NCBI GenBank assembly: GCA_018897535.1
Contig: JAHIKO010000039.1
Span: 1 to 40,746 of the forward strand
From: Candidatus Babelota bacterium
GTDB lineage: Bacteria > Babelota > Babeliae > Babelales > UASB340
Direction: 5' to 3'
DNA length: 40,746 nt
The first letter of the stretch is position 1, and each line of letters starts with the position of its first letter. Position numbers and translations under genes: made by a program. Below the pieces are notes generated by a model that was not told the origin of the DNA, made no database searches, and worked only from the letters and a program-made list of their open reading frames with translations. Shown piece by piece: positions 8,638 to 18,198 of this stretch.

Positions 8638-9306
8638 TTACTTAACTTTTTCTTTTAAATCTTTAAAAAAATCGACTAATTTATTCTTAAAACTAACAGA
8701 TGTTTCTTTTATTACCTGTGTATTTGTTTTACTTTTTTGTGTAATCAAATTCATTGCTTGTCGGACACAATTTTTTTTCAAAAGCTCAAATTGATCCAAA
8801 TATTTTTTACACGCCAATTTATCTGCTGTACAAATTACATTTTCGTAATTTCTAGCATCTGCTTGAACTGTCCAATTAAAAGATCCTGTAATTAATTCGT
8901 CATCGATAATTACAAATTTATTATGCATAATCTGTTCTGAGTGATTTCTTTTTTTCTTTAAACTACTTTTATATACAAATATATCAACGCCATTTTCTTT
9001 TAAAAAATCTACCTTACCATATTCATACTCAAGGCATGATTGATCCGTTACAACCTGAACATCCACACCCCTTTTAATCTTTGCATCAGCCAAGGCTTGA
9101 GCTATTTTTTTATCGGTAATCATATAAACAGCAGCATAAATTTTGGATTTTGCATTATTTAATTCTTTAATTAAATTTTTACTCACATTATCATTTGGCG
9201 AAAACCAAATTTTTACATTCGATTCGACATTAGCTGCACTGCAATTAAAGAAAACTAATAAAAAAATAATAACTAATCTTTTTAAAAAAATATTATGTTT
9301 CATCAT
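8638..9306 (-). CDS. Exported phospholipase D-superfamily protein (Nuc-like endonuclease / PLD domain)
   Basis: N-terminal signal sequence (LVIIFLLVFFNCSAA) and a single HKD motif, HNKFVIIDDELITGSFNWT. Confidence 0.75.
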   Translation of the reverse strand: MMKHNIFLKRLVIIFLLVFFNCSAANVESNVKIWFSPNDNVSKNLIKELNNAKSKIYAAVYMITDKKIAQALADAKIKRGVDVQVVTDQSCLEYEYGKVDFLKENGVDIFVYKSSLKKKRNHSEQIMHNKFVIIDDELITGSFNWTVQADARNYENVICTADKLACKKYLDQFELLKKNCVRQAMNLITQKSKTNTQVIKETSVSFKNKLVDFFKDLKEKVK

Positions 9307-9413
9307 ATATTCCCATTCTTTATCTATTTTGTTTTAAAAAAAACTATTTTTTTATACTTTATTAAAAAAAAATTTTATGCAATGCTCTCAATAAAAACAA
9401 GGAGAAGTTTTTA

Positions 9414-10007
9414 ATGAAAAAGGTAGTTTTATATCTATTATTTATTACTTCAATAATATACATACAAAAATCATTTGCAAAAAAAACAGAAATTTTAATT
9501 TCAAATATCTATAATCAAATAAATCAAGATCTACTGAATATTAAAAAAGAATATCCTCAAACACAGCCAAAAGTTTATTCATTACTTGATCAAGTCTGTA
9601 AAATGTATCAAGCATCAAAGATAACTATAGAAAAAAAATCTAAAATTAAAAGTGAATTAAAATTAAAAAATGCAGAAACTTTGGCATTAAAAAATGAAAC
9701 AAGTATGTTAAAAAATAATTTAAAAAGCATAGAAGGTAAGTTGAATAACACACAAAAAGAGTTGGAAACAAAAAGTAAAACTCTTGCAAAAAGTGCATAT
9801 CTTTTAAACTCAATAAATAAAGAAAAAGAACAAATTCAAAATCAGGTAAGTCAATTACAAGAAGAACATAAACAGCTATTATTAAAAACAGAAGAATTAA
9901 ATAATATAGAAAAACAATCGCCTCAAAATTTATCTAAAAATAGCCTATTAAAAGACAATCAAAGTGCAACTCTGACTTCAACTTCAGCTCCTATTTCATC
10001 CCTTTGA
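9414..10007 (+). CDS. Exported coiled-coil protein, unknown function
   Basis: Signal peptide (VVLYLLFITSIIYIQKSFA) followed by K/E/L/Q-rich heptad-like sequence. AGGAGA lies upstream of the ATG. The 3' end overlaps the convergent TamB-like gene by 49 nt. Confidence 0.5.
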   Translation: MKKVVLYLLFITSIIYIQKSFAKKTEILISNIYNQINQDLLNIKKEYPQTQPKVYSLLDQVCKMYQASKITIEKKSKIKSELKLKNAETLALKNETSMLKNNLKSIEGKLNNTQKELETKSKTLAKSAYLLNSINKEKEQIQNQVSQLQEEHKQLLLKTEELNNIEKQSPQNLSKNSLLKDNQSATLTSTSAPISSL

Positions 10008-12376
10008 TCTTTTAGTAACCGTAGATTGATATCATCTGTTAAAAAATAATCAAGTTGTACTGAGAGATCATCTTTTAAATTAAAATCTTTTTGTATTTTT
10101 GCATGTAACTGATCACTTAAATCCACATCCAAACAACCATTAAACCCACTTTTACCTGAATTATTAATAAAATTTGGAGTTATCTGTATATAACGAAATG
10201 GGTTTAAAATTTTTTTTAAAAAATTATCAGATTCATTATTGGCTATAATACTACTTAAATTTTTTTGTAATAAAAATGAAAATTGTGATTGTAAGTTCAT
10301 ATCATTTGAACCGGACAGCAATAAACCCAATACCTGCTTTTTATCTAACTTTGGTAAAGACTCAAGTATAATTTTGGGATTACTTAAATATCCAGTAGCT
10401 TGAAGATTAATCCAATATTTACCAATTTTATTTTTTGCAACCAAATCAATAATAGGATCATTTAAATTATTCGGTAAAAACTGAATTTTACCATAATCAA
10501 TATTAAGTTTTTTATCTAAAAAATTTAAGGATCCATCTGTGATATTTAAATTTCCGGCAAATAGATAATTTACGAACCCGTCTTTTTGCAGACAAGTTTT
10601 CATATTTAGATTTGCATCGATATTTAAATCAAAAAGGCCGCCTTTAACCTGTAAGGGTGTTTTTGTTAAAAGATTTAAGTCAAAATTAATTAAATTTTTG
10701 TTTTCCAAATAACCCATATTATGAATATTTTTGTTTTGAGATTCAATATTTATCAAACTGCTATTTAAATAACTTTTAGTAAAATTAATATCACCGGTAA
10801 TACAAAAATTTTTATTGTTATTACCTGTTAAAATTAAATTTGCATCAAAAATAGAATAAAAATATCTATTAATATTAAATAAAAAATTATTGAAATTAAA
10901 CGGTATATTAAGATTTTTTATGCAAAATTTTTCATCGAAGTTTATATATCCTAAATTAGAATAAATATTACCCTTAAAAAATTTTATATTTAAATCACTT
11001 AAAATTAACTCTTTAAAATTGTTTTTGATTAAAAAATCAAAATTTAAATTTTCTATCGGATTATAAGTATCTTTAAATAATATTTTACCGTCACTAAAAA
11101 TAATTTTTCCACTTATATTTTCGAATTTAGTTTGATCTATTAAAAAACTCAAGCTATTAAGCCTACCCAAAATAAGTTTCTGCAAATTTACAGGTAAAAG
11201 TTTTTTTAATGCTAAAAAATCAATATTACCGTACAAAATCTTATCTATATTATTTTTAACTTTCGCATCTATAAATTTTTTATTGTTTTTATAAAATAAA
11301 ATTTTTTCTAAAAATATTTCAGGGTAAAAATTCAAATCCAAATTTACTTTATATATAGACTCACCAATATTCATGCTTAATTTATTTTTAGCTAAATCAA
11401 ACAAAATATCACCAACAAAATTTGTTTTGCCTGACGGTAATATAAAATCAAATAGCTCAAATTTGCCATTGATCGTTTTAAGATCATAAAATAAATTAAA
11501 TTTTAAGTTACCGGTCAAAAAATTATTACTAATTTTAAGATCAAAAATTTTAGCAATATTAGCTAAATTTTCTACGTTAGCATTACCAAAAATATTAATA
11601 TTTTCTGATAAAAAACTTATATTCAAATCAAGATTTTCAGAGCTTATATTTAAAATATTTTTATCAAAACTAACTCTATATTTTTGAATAGTATCAAAGC
11701 CGTTAAATTCAAACATACCATTGGTACATAAATCTGAAAAAACAATATTTGTTTTAAGTTTTTTAATTAAAATATTTTTTTTGTAAAAAATAGTACCATT
11801 ATTTAAATTCAAATATCCGGCCCAATATTTATTTGCGAAATATTTTAATGAAATATTACATGGAAAATTAAATATAATTGGATAATTAACATCAATAACT
11901 TCAAAAATTACATTTTTTATATTTAAAGAATTTATCTTTACATTTATATCCGAATTATTTAATAATATATTTTCAAAATGATCTTTGATTACAGGAATAT
12001 TATCTTTAAGCTCAGATTTTGTATTAATATTTTCAAAAACAAGATCCAATAGAAAAATTTTCTTAAAAATAAGATTTAACCTACTAAATTTAATAAAAAG
12101 TTTACCAAAGCTCCAAGAGAATTTATTATTGCTATCTAATTTAGAACTAACAATACCGGTTTTGATATAAATTTGGCCTGTAAAAAAATTAATCCTGTAG
12201 TCTTTTACGTTAATATCCACGCTCCAACTACGCTCTAAATCTTTTTTTAATATATTAAATATTTTTTTCTGCATTTCAGGGTTTTCTTGAACGATCCATG
12301 CTAATGCAAACAAAAAAACAATTACTAAAAAAATAAATTCAAATATATTCAGTTTTTTTATTTTGAAGAGATCCAT
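9959..12376 (-). CDS. TamB/AsmA-like translocation and assembly module protein
   Basis: 805 aa. N-terminal membrane anchor (IFEFIFLVIVFLFALAWIV), then a long N/I/F/K-rich repetitive beta-type sequence. The C-terminal region (..GYLSNPKIILES.P..D..QVLGLLL.G.. and the terminal strands) resembles the TamB DUF490 domain. Confidence 0.6.
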   Translation of the reverse strand: MDLFKIKKLNIFEFIFLVIVFLFALAWIVQENPEMQKKIFNILKKDLERSWSVDINVKDYRINFFTGQIYIKTGIVSSKLDSNNKFSWSFGKLFIKFSRLNLIFKKIFLLDLVFENINTKSELKDNIPVIKDHFENILLNNSDINVKINSLNIKNVIFEVIDVNYPIIFNFPCNISLKYFANKYWAGYLNLNNGTIFYKKNILIKKLKTNIVFSDLCTNGMFEFNGFDTIQKYRVSFDKNILNISSENLDLNISFLSENINIFGNANVENLANIAKIFDLKISNNFLTGNLKFNLFYDLKTINGKFELFDFILPSGKTNFVGDILFDLAKNKLSMNIGESIYKVNLDLNFYPEIFLEKILFYKNNKKFIDAKVKNNIDKILYGNIDFLALKKLLPVNLQKLILGRLNSLSFLIDQTKFENISGKIIFSDGKILFKDTYNPIENLNFDFLIKNNFKELILSDLNIKFFKGNIYSNLGYINFDEKFCIKNLNIPFNFNNFLFNINRYFYSIFDANLILTGNNNKNFCITGDINFTKSYLNSSLINIESQNKNIHNMGYLENKNLINFDLNLLTKTPLQVKGGLFDLNIDANLNMKTCLQKDGFVNYLFAGNLNITDGSLNFLDKKLNIDYGKIQFLPNNLNDPIIDLVAKNKIGKYWINLQATGYLSNPKIILESLPKLDKKQVLGLLLSGSNDMNLQSQFSFLLQKNLSSIIANNESDNFLKKILNPFRYIQITPNFINNSGKSGFNGCLDVDLSDQLHAKIQKDFNLKDDLSVQLDYFLTDDINLRLLKDQRDEIGAEVEVRVAL

Positions 12377-12885
12377 TTTTTATTCTGATATTTGTATTTT
12401 ATTATAGTAGCAAAAGGTGACACGGAACAACCAAGCGACATTAAATTCTTTTTATCTTTAGTAATCATATAAGCATTTCCGGAAGCAATTCTACCATCGG
12501 TAAAAAAAATTATTTCAAATAAATTTTTATCTATTTTTTTAAAAGTTATAGGAACCGTAATTTTATTCTCAGGTTTTGACGGAGGACCATAGACATTATC
12601 AAAAACACCAAACTGTATTTTATCAGGTAAAATATAATTTTGTTTCTTACCAAATTTACCGAGATATTCGTAACTATTTAAATCAATATTAAAATATAAT
12701 TTTTGTTCTTCGCCTGAAGTAATTGCTTTTTGTTGTAAATAATAAAATGTAGAGAACAACTTATCAACTTCATTTTGTAAAATAAAATTATCTAAAAAAT
12801 TAAATTTTGGAAGTGAAACAAAAAAAAGTATGGATAAAACCGAAATAACAACTATCAATTCAAAAAGTGAAAAAGCTTTATCCAT
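12358..12885 (-). CDS. Prepilin-type N-terminal cleavage/methylation domain protein (GspH/FimT-like pseudopilin)
   Basis: The N-terminus MDKA|FSLFELIVVISVLSILF is a class III signal: short basic leader, Glu at +5 and a hydrophobic helix. Size and layout fit minor pseudopilins. Confidence 0.7.
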   Translation of the reverse strand: MDKAFSLFELIVVISVLSILFFVSLPKFNFLDNFILQNEVDKLFSTFYYLQQKAITSGEEQKLYFNIDLNSYEYLGKFGKKQNYILPDKIQFGVFDNVYGPPSKPENKITVPITFKKIDKNLFEIIFFTDGRIASGNAYMITKDKKNLMSLGCSVSPFATIIKYKYQNKKWISSK

Positions 12886-12896
12886 AGTTTTTTATT

Positions 12897-14597
12897 TTAA
12901 TCCAAAGCCTGATCTATATATGCAACATTTAAAACTTCATCCAAAGATGTTTGGCCGTTTTTTACTCTTCGAATTCCATCTTGCGCCAAAGTAACCATAC
13001 CTTTTTCTATGGCTTTTGATTTTATCACATTTGCATCAGCTTTTTCCACAATCAAATGCGCAATTTCATCATCGACTTCCATTACTTCAAAAATACCCAA
13101 TCGACCTCGATATCCGGTATTAAAACATTCTTCACATCCAACCGATTTATAAAATTTTATTTGGTTTAATTCAGATTCCGGCAATCCAAGACGCTTAATC
13201 ATATCAGGCTCAGGCTTATATTCTTGCTTACATTTATCACAAAGTTTTCTAACCAACCGTTGAGACATTATACATATAACCGATGATGAGATTAAAAATG
13301 GTTCTATACCCATATCAATTAAACGCGTAATTGTTGCCGGAGAACTGTTTGTATGAATGGTACTCAAAACAACGTGACCAGTTAAAGCCGCCTGAGTTGC
13401 AATTTGAGCCGTATCTTTATCTCGTATTTCACCAATAAGTACAACGTCCGGATCTTGACGTAAAATCGAACGTAGCGCCGCGGCAAATGTTAATCCGATA
13501 TCTTCTTTAACTTGAACTTGATTTACCCCTGTAATCGTATACTCTACAGGATCTTCAACCGTAATTATATTAATATCCGGTTTATTTAATCGAGAAAGTA
13601 TTGAATATAACGTTGTAGTTTTACCAGATCCGGTAGGACCGCTTATTAAAATTATTCCATTGGGTCTTGTAATATTTCGAGAAATCACTTCAAGGTCACG
13701 TGTTGAAAAATCAAGATGTTCAAGATCAACGGCACCTTTAGTTTTATCAAGCAAACGCATAACAACTCGCTCGCCATAATTGCAAGGCAATATCGACACA
13801 CGAATATCTATTGCCTTATCCCCTACTTTTATCTGAATTCTTCCATCTTGTGGCAATCTTTTTTCAGCAATATCAAGATTTGCCATTATTTTAATACGTG
13901 AAACAATGGCTCCCTGAAATCTTTTTGGAGGCAACACTCTTTGATACATAACACCATCAATTCTGTATCTAACGCGAAGTTCTTTTTCGAAGGCTTCTAT
14001 ATGAATATCAGAAGCATCTTCTTTTACAGCCTGAAATATCATATGATTTACAAGCTTTACAATTGGAGCTTCTTGAGCCATTTCCAAAATATCTCGTTCT
14101 TCTACTGCGGTTAAATCTATCTCGCCGGCCTCTTCTTCTTTTAACTCTTCCATCATTTCTTTACTTGTTTCCAAAGGATAATATTTGTTTATTGCTGCAT
14201 TTATAATATCATCACTTGAAACGCCATATTTTACATCACCTGATAAAAGCAGTGAAATATCGTCCAATGGCTGAATATCTCTTGGATTGGACGTAACAAC
14301 AGTTTTAAATCCTTCAAATAATATGGGTATAATTACATGCTGTCGCAAAAATTTTAATGGAATTTTGCTCAAAAGTTCTGTGTTGACCATTTGTTCAGTT
14401 ATTTTATCCACATAAACAAATCCAACTTCTTGAGCTAAAACTTTTGCAATATCCATTTTGGATACCAATTTTTTTTCAATTATTATTTGGCTTAATGGCT
14501 TACCTGTTTGAGCCGATTCAGTAACGCAACTTTGGTGCTGTTCTTTAGAAATTAGATTCAATTCCAGTAAAATATCTTGAAAATTTTTCTTATTCAT
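12897..14597 (-). CDS. Type II secretion / type IV pilus assembly ATPase (GspE/PilB family)
   Basis: N-terminal T2SSE_N-like domain. Walker A GPTGSGKTTT, Asp box, Walker B VVLIGEIRD and His box LTGHVVLSTIHTN. Tetracysteine motif CDKC...CEEC. Confidence 0.9.
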   Translation of the reverse strand: MNKKNFQDILLELNLISKEQHQSCVTESAQTGKPLSQIIIEKKLVSKMDIAKVLAQEVGFVYVDKITEQMVNTELLSKIPLKFLRQHVIIPILFEGFKTVVTSNPRDIQPLDDISLLLSGDVKYGVSSDDIINAAINKYYPLETSKEMMEELKEEEAGEIDLTAVEERDILEMAQEAPIVKLVNHMIFQAVKEDASDIHIEAFEKELRVRYRIDGVMYQRVLPPKRFQGAIVSRIKIMANLDIAEKRLPQDGRIQIKVGDKAIDIRVSILPCNYGERVVMRLLDKTKGAVDLEHLDFSTRDLEVISRNITRPNGIILISGPTGSGKTTTLYSILSRLNKPDINIITVEDPVEYTITGVNQVQVKEDIGLTFAAALRSILRQDPDVVLIGEIRDKDTAQIATQAALTGHVVLSTIHTNSSPATITRLIDMGIEPFLISSSVICIMSQRLVRKLCDKCKQEYKPEPDMIKRLGLPESELNQIKFYKSVGCEECFNTGYRGRLGIFEVMEVDDEIAHLIVEKADANVIKSKAIEKGMVTLAQDGIRRVKNGQTSLDEVLNVAYIDQALD

Positions 14598-14763
14598 TAA
14601 AAACTCCCTTAATCGCCTGGGGTTTATTTTTTATAAAAAAAGGTTAACTTATTAAATACAAAACTATCGACATAATGAATCAGTTTACTTTTTTGCCAAA
14701 TATAAAACAATAATTTAATATATTTAGCAATAAAGCTATTTTTTAATATTATTGGAGTAATAA

Positions 14764-15552
14764 ATGCATAAGATAAATAATTTTAATTTAATAAAATTAT
14801 CAAAAATAACACTTTTAGTTTTAATGTTAATAACAACACCACATTGTGCTAAAGAAGAAAAGAAAACAGAAGATCTCTCTTTTGATGAATTAAAACAAAA
14901 AACACTTGCTTCGTTAAAAGAAAAAAAATATAAAGAAGCTCTACAGCCATTGGAAGTTATGGTAGCACAACACGCTGAAAAAGATGATTTATCGGAATAT
15001 AAACTAATGTTGGCCGACAGCTACTTTAACACAGGAAATTTACCTTCTGCATTTCAAATGTATGAACATTTTAAAGATTTCTATCCATCCGACAAACAAG
15101 CTGAATATGCTTATTATCAGGCTATAAAATCTAAATTTTACCAAACATTAAAAATAGATTGCGATCAATCTGACACACAAGAAACCATAAATTTATGTAA
15201 AGATTATCTTAGAAATCCTAGTTATTCAAAATATAAAAACGATATAGAAGATATAGAACATACATGCCAACGTAAACTAATAGACAAAGAAGTTTATGTT
15301 TATAATTTTTATCTAAAAAAAGGTAAATTAAAATCTGCTAAAAACAGGCTAACGTACCTAAAAGAAAACTATTTGGATAAAGATACCAATTTAAATCCAA
15401 GATTGCTTTACTTGGAAGCAAAGTTAGCTCAAAAAGAGAAAGATAATGATACTTTAGGAAAAAAAGTTGAACAATTAATGGAACAGTATCCGGAGTCTCC
15501 ATTTACAAGAATGGCACAAGGGCTTTCGGTTAAAAACAACTTCATGTTTTAA
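14764..15552 (+). CDS. bamD: Outer membrane protein assembly factor BamD (YfiO-like TPR lipoprotein)
   Basis: Signal sequence ending ..TTPHC. TPR-like helices with typical BamD segments (..LADSYF..G....A...YE.F...YP.S..AEYAYY..., ..I....VY...FY.K.GK..SA..R...L...Y..). Confidence 0.65.
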   Translation: MHKINNFNLIKLSKITLLVLMLITTPHCAKEEKKTEDLSFDELKQKTLASLKEKKYKEALQPLEVMVAQHAEKDDLSEYKLMLADSYFNTGNLPSAFQMYEHFKDFYPSDKQAEYAYYQAIKSKFYQTLKIDCDQSDTQETINLCKDYLRNPSYSKYKNDIEDIEHTCQRKLIDKEVYVYNFYLKKGKLKSAKNRLTYLKENYLDKDTNLNPRLLYLEAKLAQKEKDNDTLGKKVEQLMEQYPESPFTRMAQGLSVKNNFMF

Positions 15553-15554
15553 TT

Positions 15555-15914
15555 ATGGATGAACGAACACAACTTGGCATTTTAGGCGAACAAGCCGTCG
15601 CTGACTATTTAAAAAAACAAAATTTTAAAATAGTTAATATAAATTACAAAACAAGATATGGCGAAATTGATATAATTGCGCAAAAAGATGAATATTTACT
15701 TTTTGTAGAGGTAAAAACCAGAATTAATGAATATTTTCCCATATCAAATGTAATAACATATACAAAGCAAAGAAAAATAATAAATACAGCTAAATTATTT
15801 ATACAAATAAATAATATTTTTGATAAAGTTTGTAGATTTGACGTTGCTACTGCAATACTAAAAAATAATAAATTTGATATTAATTACATAGAAAATGCAT
15901 TTCAAGATTATTAA
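15555..15914 (+). CDS. yraN: YraN-family (UPF0102) endonuclease-like protein
   Basis: G...E..VADYL...NFKIVNINYKTRYGEIDIIA......LLFVEVKTR matches the YraN signature. Confidence 0.8.
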   Translation: MDERTQLGILGEQAVADYLKKQNFKIVNINYKTRYGEIDIIAQKDEYLLFVEVKTRINEYFPISNVITYTKQRKIINTAKLFIQINNIFDKVCRFDVATAILKNNKFDINYIENAFQDY

Positions 15915-15931
15915 TAACTTGGGGTAAAGTC

Positions 15932-16408
15932 ATGAAAAATTCATTAAAAGTAGGTTTAGGGTTTGGAGTAACATCCGGAGTAATTACAACTCTTGGATTA
16001 ATGGTTGGGTTACATTCGGGAACACATTCAACGCTTGCAATAATCGGTGGTGTTTTAACCATTGCCATAGCCGACGCATTTTCAGATTCACTTGGCGTGC
16101 ATGTATCACGAGAATTTGAAAATCAAACGAGTAAAAAAGAGATCTGGGAATCTACTGTTACAACATTTATTTCAAAATTTGTAATCGCTTTGCTTTTTAT
16201 ATTTCCAATACTGTTATTTAATCTTTGTTTTGCAGTCTGGGTAAGTATATTTATGGGTCTGTCTCTTTTAGCAATATTCAGTTACATAATAGCTAAAGAA
16301 AAAAAAGTAAAACCATTACCGGTAATATTTGAACACGTTGGCATTGCAACAGTTGTAATAATTATTTCTCAAATAGTTGGAACTGTAATAAGTAATAATT
16401 TTATTTAA
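15932..16408 (+). CDS. Small integral membrane protein, possibly VIT1/CCC1-family related
   Basis: Four or five hydrophobic helices. The N-terminal GVTSGVITTLGLMVGL...AIADAFSDSLGVHVS resembles the VIT-family TM pattern. Recognition is from memory only. Confidence 0.4.
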   Translation: MKNSLKVGLGFGVTSGVITTLGLMVGLHSGTHSTLAIIGGVLTIAIADAFSDSLGVHVSREFENQTSKKEIWESTVTTFISKFVIALLFIFPILLFNLCFAVWVSIFMGLSLLAIFSYIIAKEKKVKPLPVIFEHVGIATVVIIISQIVGTVISNNFI

Positions 16409-16420
16409 AATATAAACAAC

Positions 16421-17353
16421 TTATACTTCAATAGGTCGACTTATATTTAAAACTGTAGTTTTTGCGGGAGCACTAGGGTCTGCCTTTCTGAAAAAATTTA
16501 TAGTCTCACCATTTTCATTAGCTAATAATGAAATATATCGAACACCAACACCAGAAAAATTTGGTGAGGTTAACACACGACTACATGGTTCATCGTTAAC
16601 AGTTGAAGAATCTATAATTACCAATTCATAAATTTTATATTTTTGACCATTTTTTTCCCAATCTTTAACAAACTTAGGTACAGATAATGCAATAACTACA
16701 TGCCCGGTATTTCCAAGTGGTTCTATTTTTTTTGTTGTTGTTTTTGAAATTATGTCTCCCGGTAAAATATTATTAATGTTTTTAATTAACTCCCAATATT
16801 CTTTTTGTTTTTTAAACGCGTTGTACATATCTATAACTTGAGGCCTTTTGCAGCTATCCCATTTACCATATTTATTTTTTTTGGGATATAAATCGCGAGC
16901 CTTAATAGAATCTTCCCAAAGAGTCCCCTCTATACTTTCCATTATTGATTTATAATGGACTTGCGAATACTTTTTTATAAGAGCACAAACAAAACCGGAG
17001 CAGTTACAATAAACATAATTATCTTTTTTATCATTTTCTTCGCAAAGAGAAAATCCTTCTATAATAGTTTCATTAACATATTTGGTTTCATACATACCAT
17101 TTAGTATTTTTTCTAATAAGCCACAAGCACCATCAACAATTTGTTTAGACAATTTATTTGGGGCAAATTTTGTAGAATTTTTAATTTTATTAAACATTTT
17201 AGAATATTTTACACCATCTTCGTCAAAATCATCCCCAACAATATAGTTTTTATTTGTATTCCACCAGTTTTTGAAATTAAAGTTTTCCAAAACACAGTAC
17301 AAATTACCAAAAAAAATTATTCCTAAAATAAAAAATATATTACGAAAGTTCAC
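16421..17353 (-). CDS. Exported hypothetical protein with a papain-like (NlpC/P60-type) Cys-His arrangement
   Basis: Signal peptide (IFFILGIIFFGNLYC). CNCSGFVCALIKKY resembles the NlpC/P60 DCSGF catalytic-Cys motif. Downstream are LPGDII and NTGHVVIAL (His), then IIDSS. GTG start with GAAAGG upstream. Confidence 0.4.
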   Translation of the reverse strand: MNFRNIFFILGIIFFGNLYCVLENFNFKNWWNTNKNYIVGDDFDEDGVKYSKMFNKIKNSTKFAPNKLSKQIVDGACGLLEKILNGMYETKYVNETIIEGFSLCEENDKKDNYVYCNCSGFVCALIKKYSQVHYKSIMESIEGTLWEDSIKARDLYPKKNKYGKWDSCKRPQVIDMYNAFKKQKEYWELIKNINNILPGDIISKTTTKKIEPLGNTGHVVIALSVPKFVKDWEKNGQKYKIYELVIIDSSTVNDEPCSRVLTSPNFSGVGVRYISLLANENGETINFFRKADPSAPAKTTVLNISRPIEV

Positions 17354-17388
17354 AAAATACCTTTCTACAAAATTTAAAACTCTAACAA

Positions 17389-17991
17389 CTATATTGTTCC
17401 AAAAAATCTATCCCCAAAATCGCCCAACCCGGGAACAATAAATTTTGTGCTGTTTAATTTTTCATCTTGTTCAACGTAAATTAACTTAATTTTTGGAAAT
17501 CTTGTTTTTATCTCATCAACGCCAATTTTTGAACAAATAACAGCAACAAAAATTATTTTTTCTTCCAAAACACCGATTTCTTTTAATATTTCTATTGCTT
17601 TTATTCCACTTCCTCCGGTTGCAATCATTGGATCAAGAATTATAACATCGTCCGTTTTTTTTATTTCAGGTAAATTTTTGTAATACAAATTTGCAATAGC
17701 CGTTTTTTCATCGCGTCTAAGACCTAAAAACCCAACTTTTGCATATTTAAAAAAATCTAAAAATTGTGGTAATAAAGATAATGCCGCACGCAATATTGGA
17801 ACAATAACTATATCGTTTTTAAATTTTGTACCGATTGCATTACCCATTGGAGTATTAATATTAATTTTTTCTTTTTCAATCAAATCACCAGCATCACAGG
17901 CCAAAATATATGCCAAATCTTTTGCAATTTCTCTAAATTTTTTTATATCCGTACTTTTGTCTCTTAGAATAGAAAGTAACACTTTTTTCAT
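17389..17991 (-). CDS. upp: Uracil phosphoribosyltransferase
   Basis: IVPILRAALSL, the PRPP-binding loop VIILDPMIATGGSGI, and the C-terminal YIVPGLGDFGDRFFGT-type motif (FIVPGLGDFGDRFFGTI). Confidence 0.9.
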   Translation of the reverse strand: MKKVLLSILRDKSTDIKKFREIAKDLAYILACDAGDLIEKEKININTPMGNAIGTKFKNDIVIVPILRAALSLLPQFLDFFKYAKVGFLGLRRDEKTAIANLYYKNLPEIKKTDDVIILDPMIATGGSGIKAIEILKEIGVLEEKIIFVAVICSKIGVDEIKTRFPKIKLIYVEQDEKLNSTKFIVPGLGDFGDRFFGTI

Positions 17992-18198
17992 AAAATATTC
18001 CCTTTATAAATATGTATTTTTTCAGTATTTATTAGAACTAAAAATAAATATTATTGTCAATAATGGTAAAATTATAGCCGTTAAATTTGCTTATGATACA
18101 ACAAAAAACTATTTTTTTTCAAAAAAATTTACTTTATTCAAACCACAATCTTAGAATATCTATCCTTAAAATTAACTCCATGTTGAAAGGATATTGTC

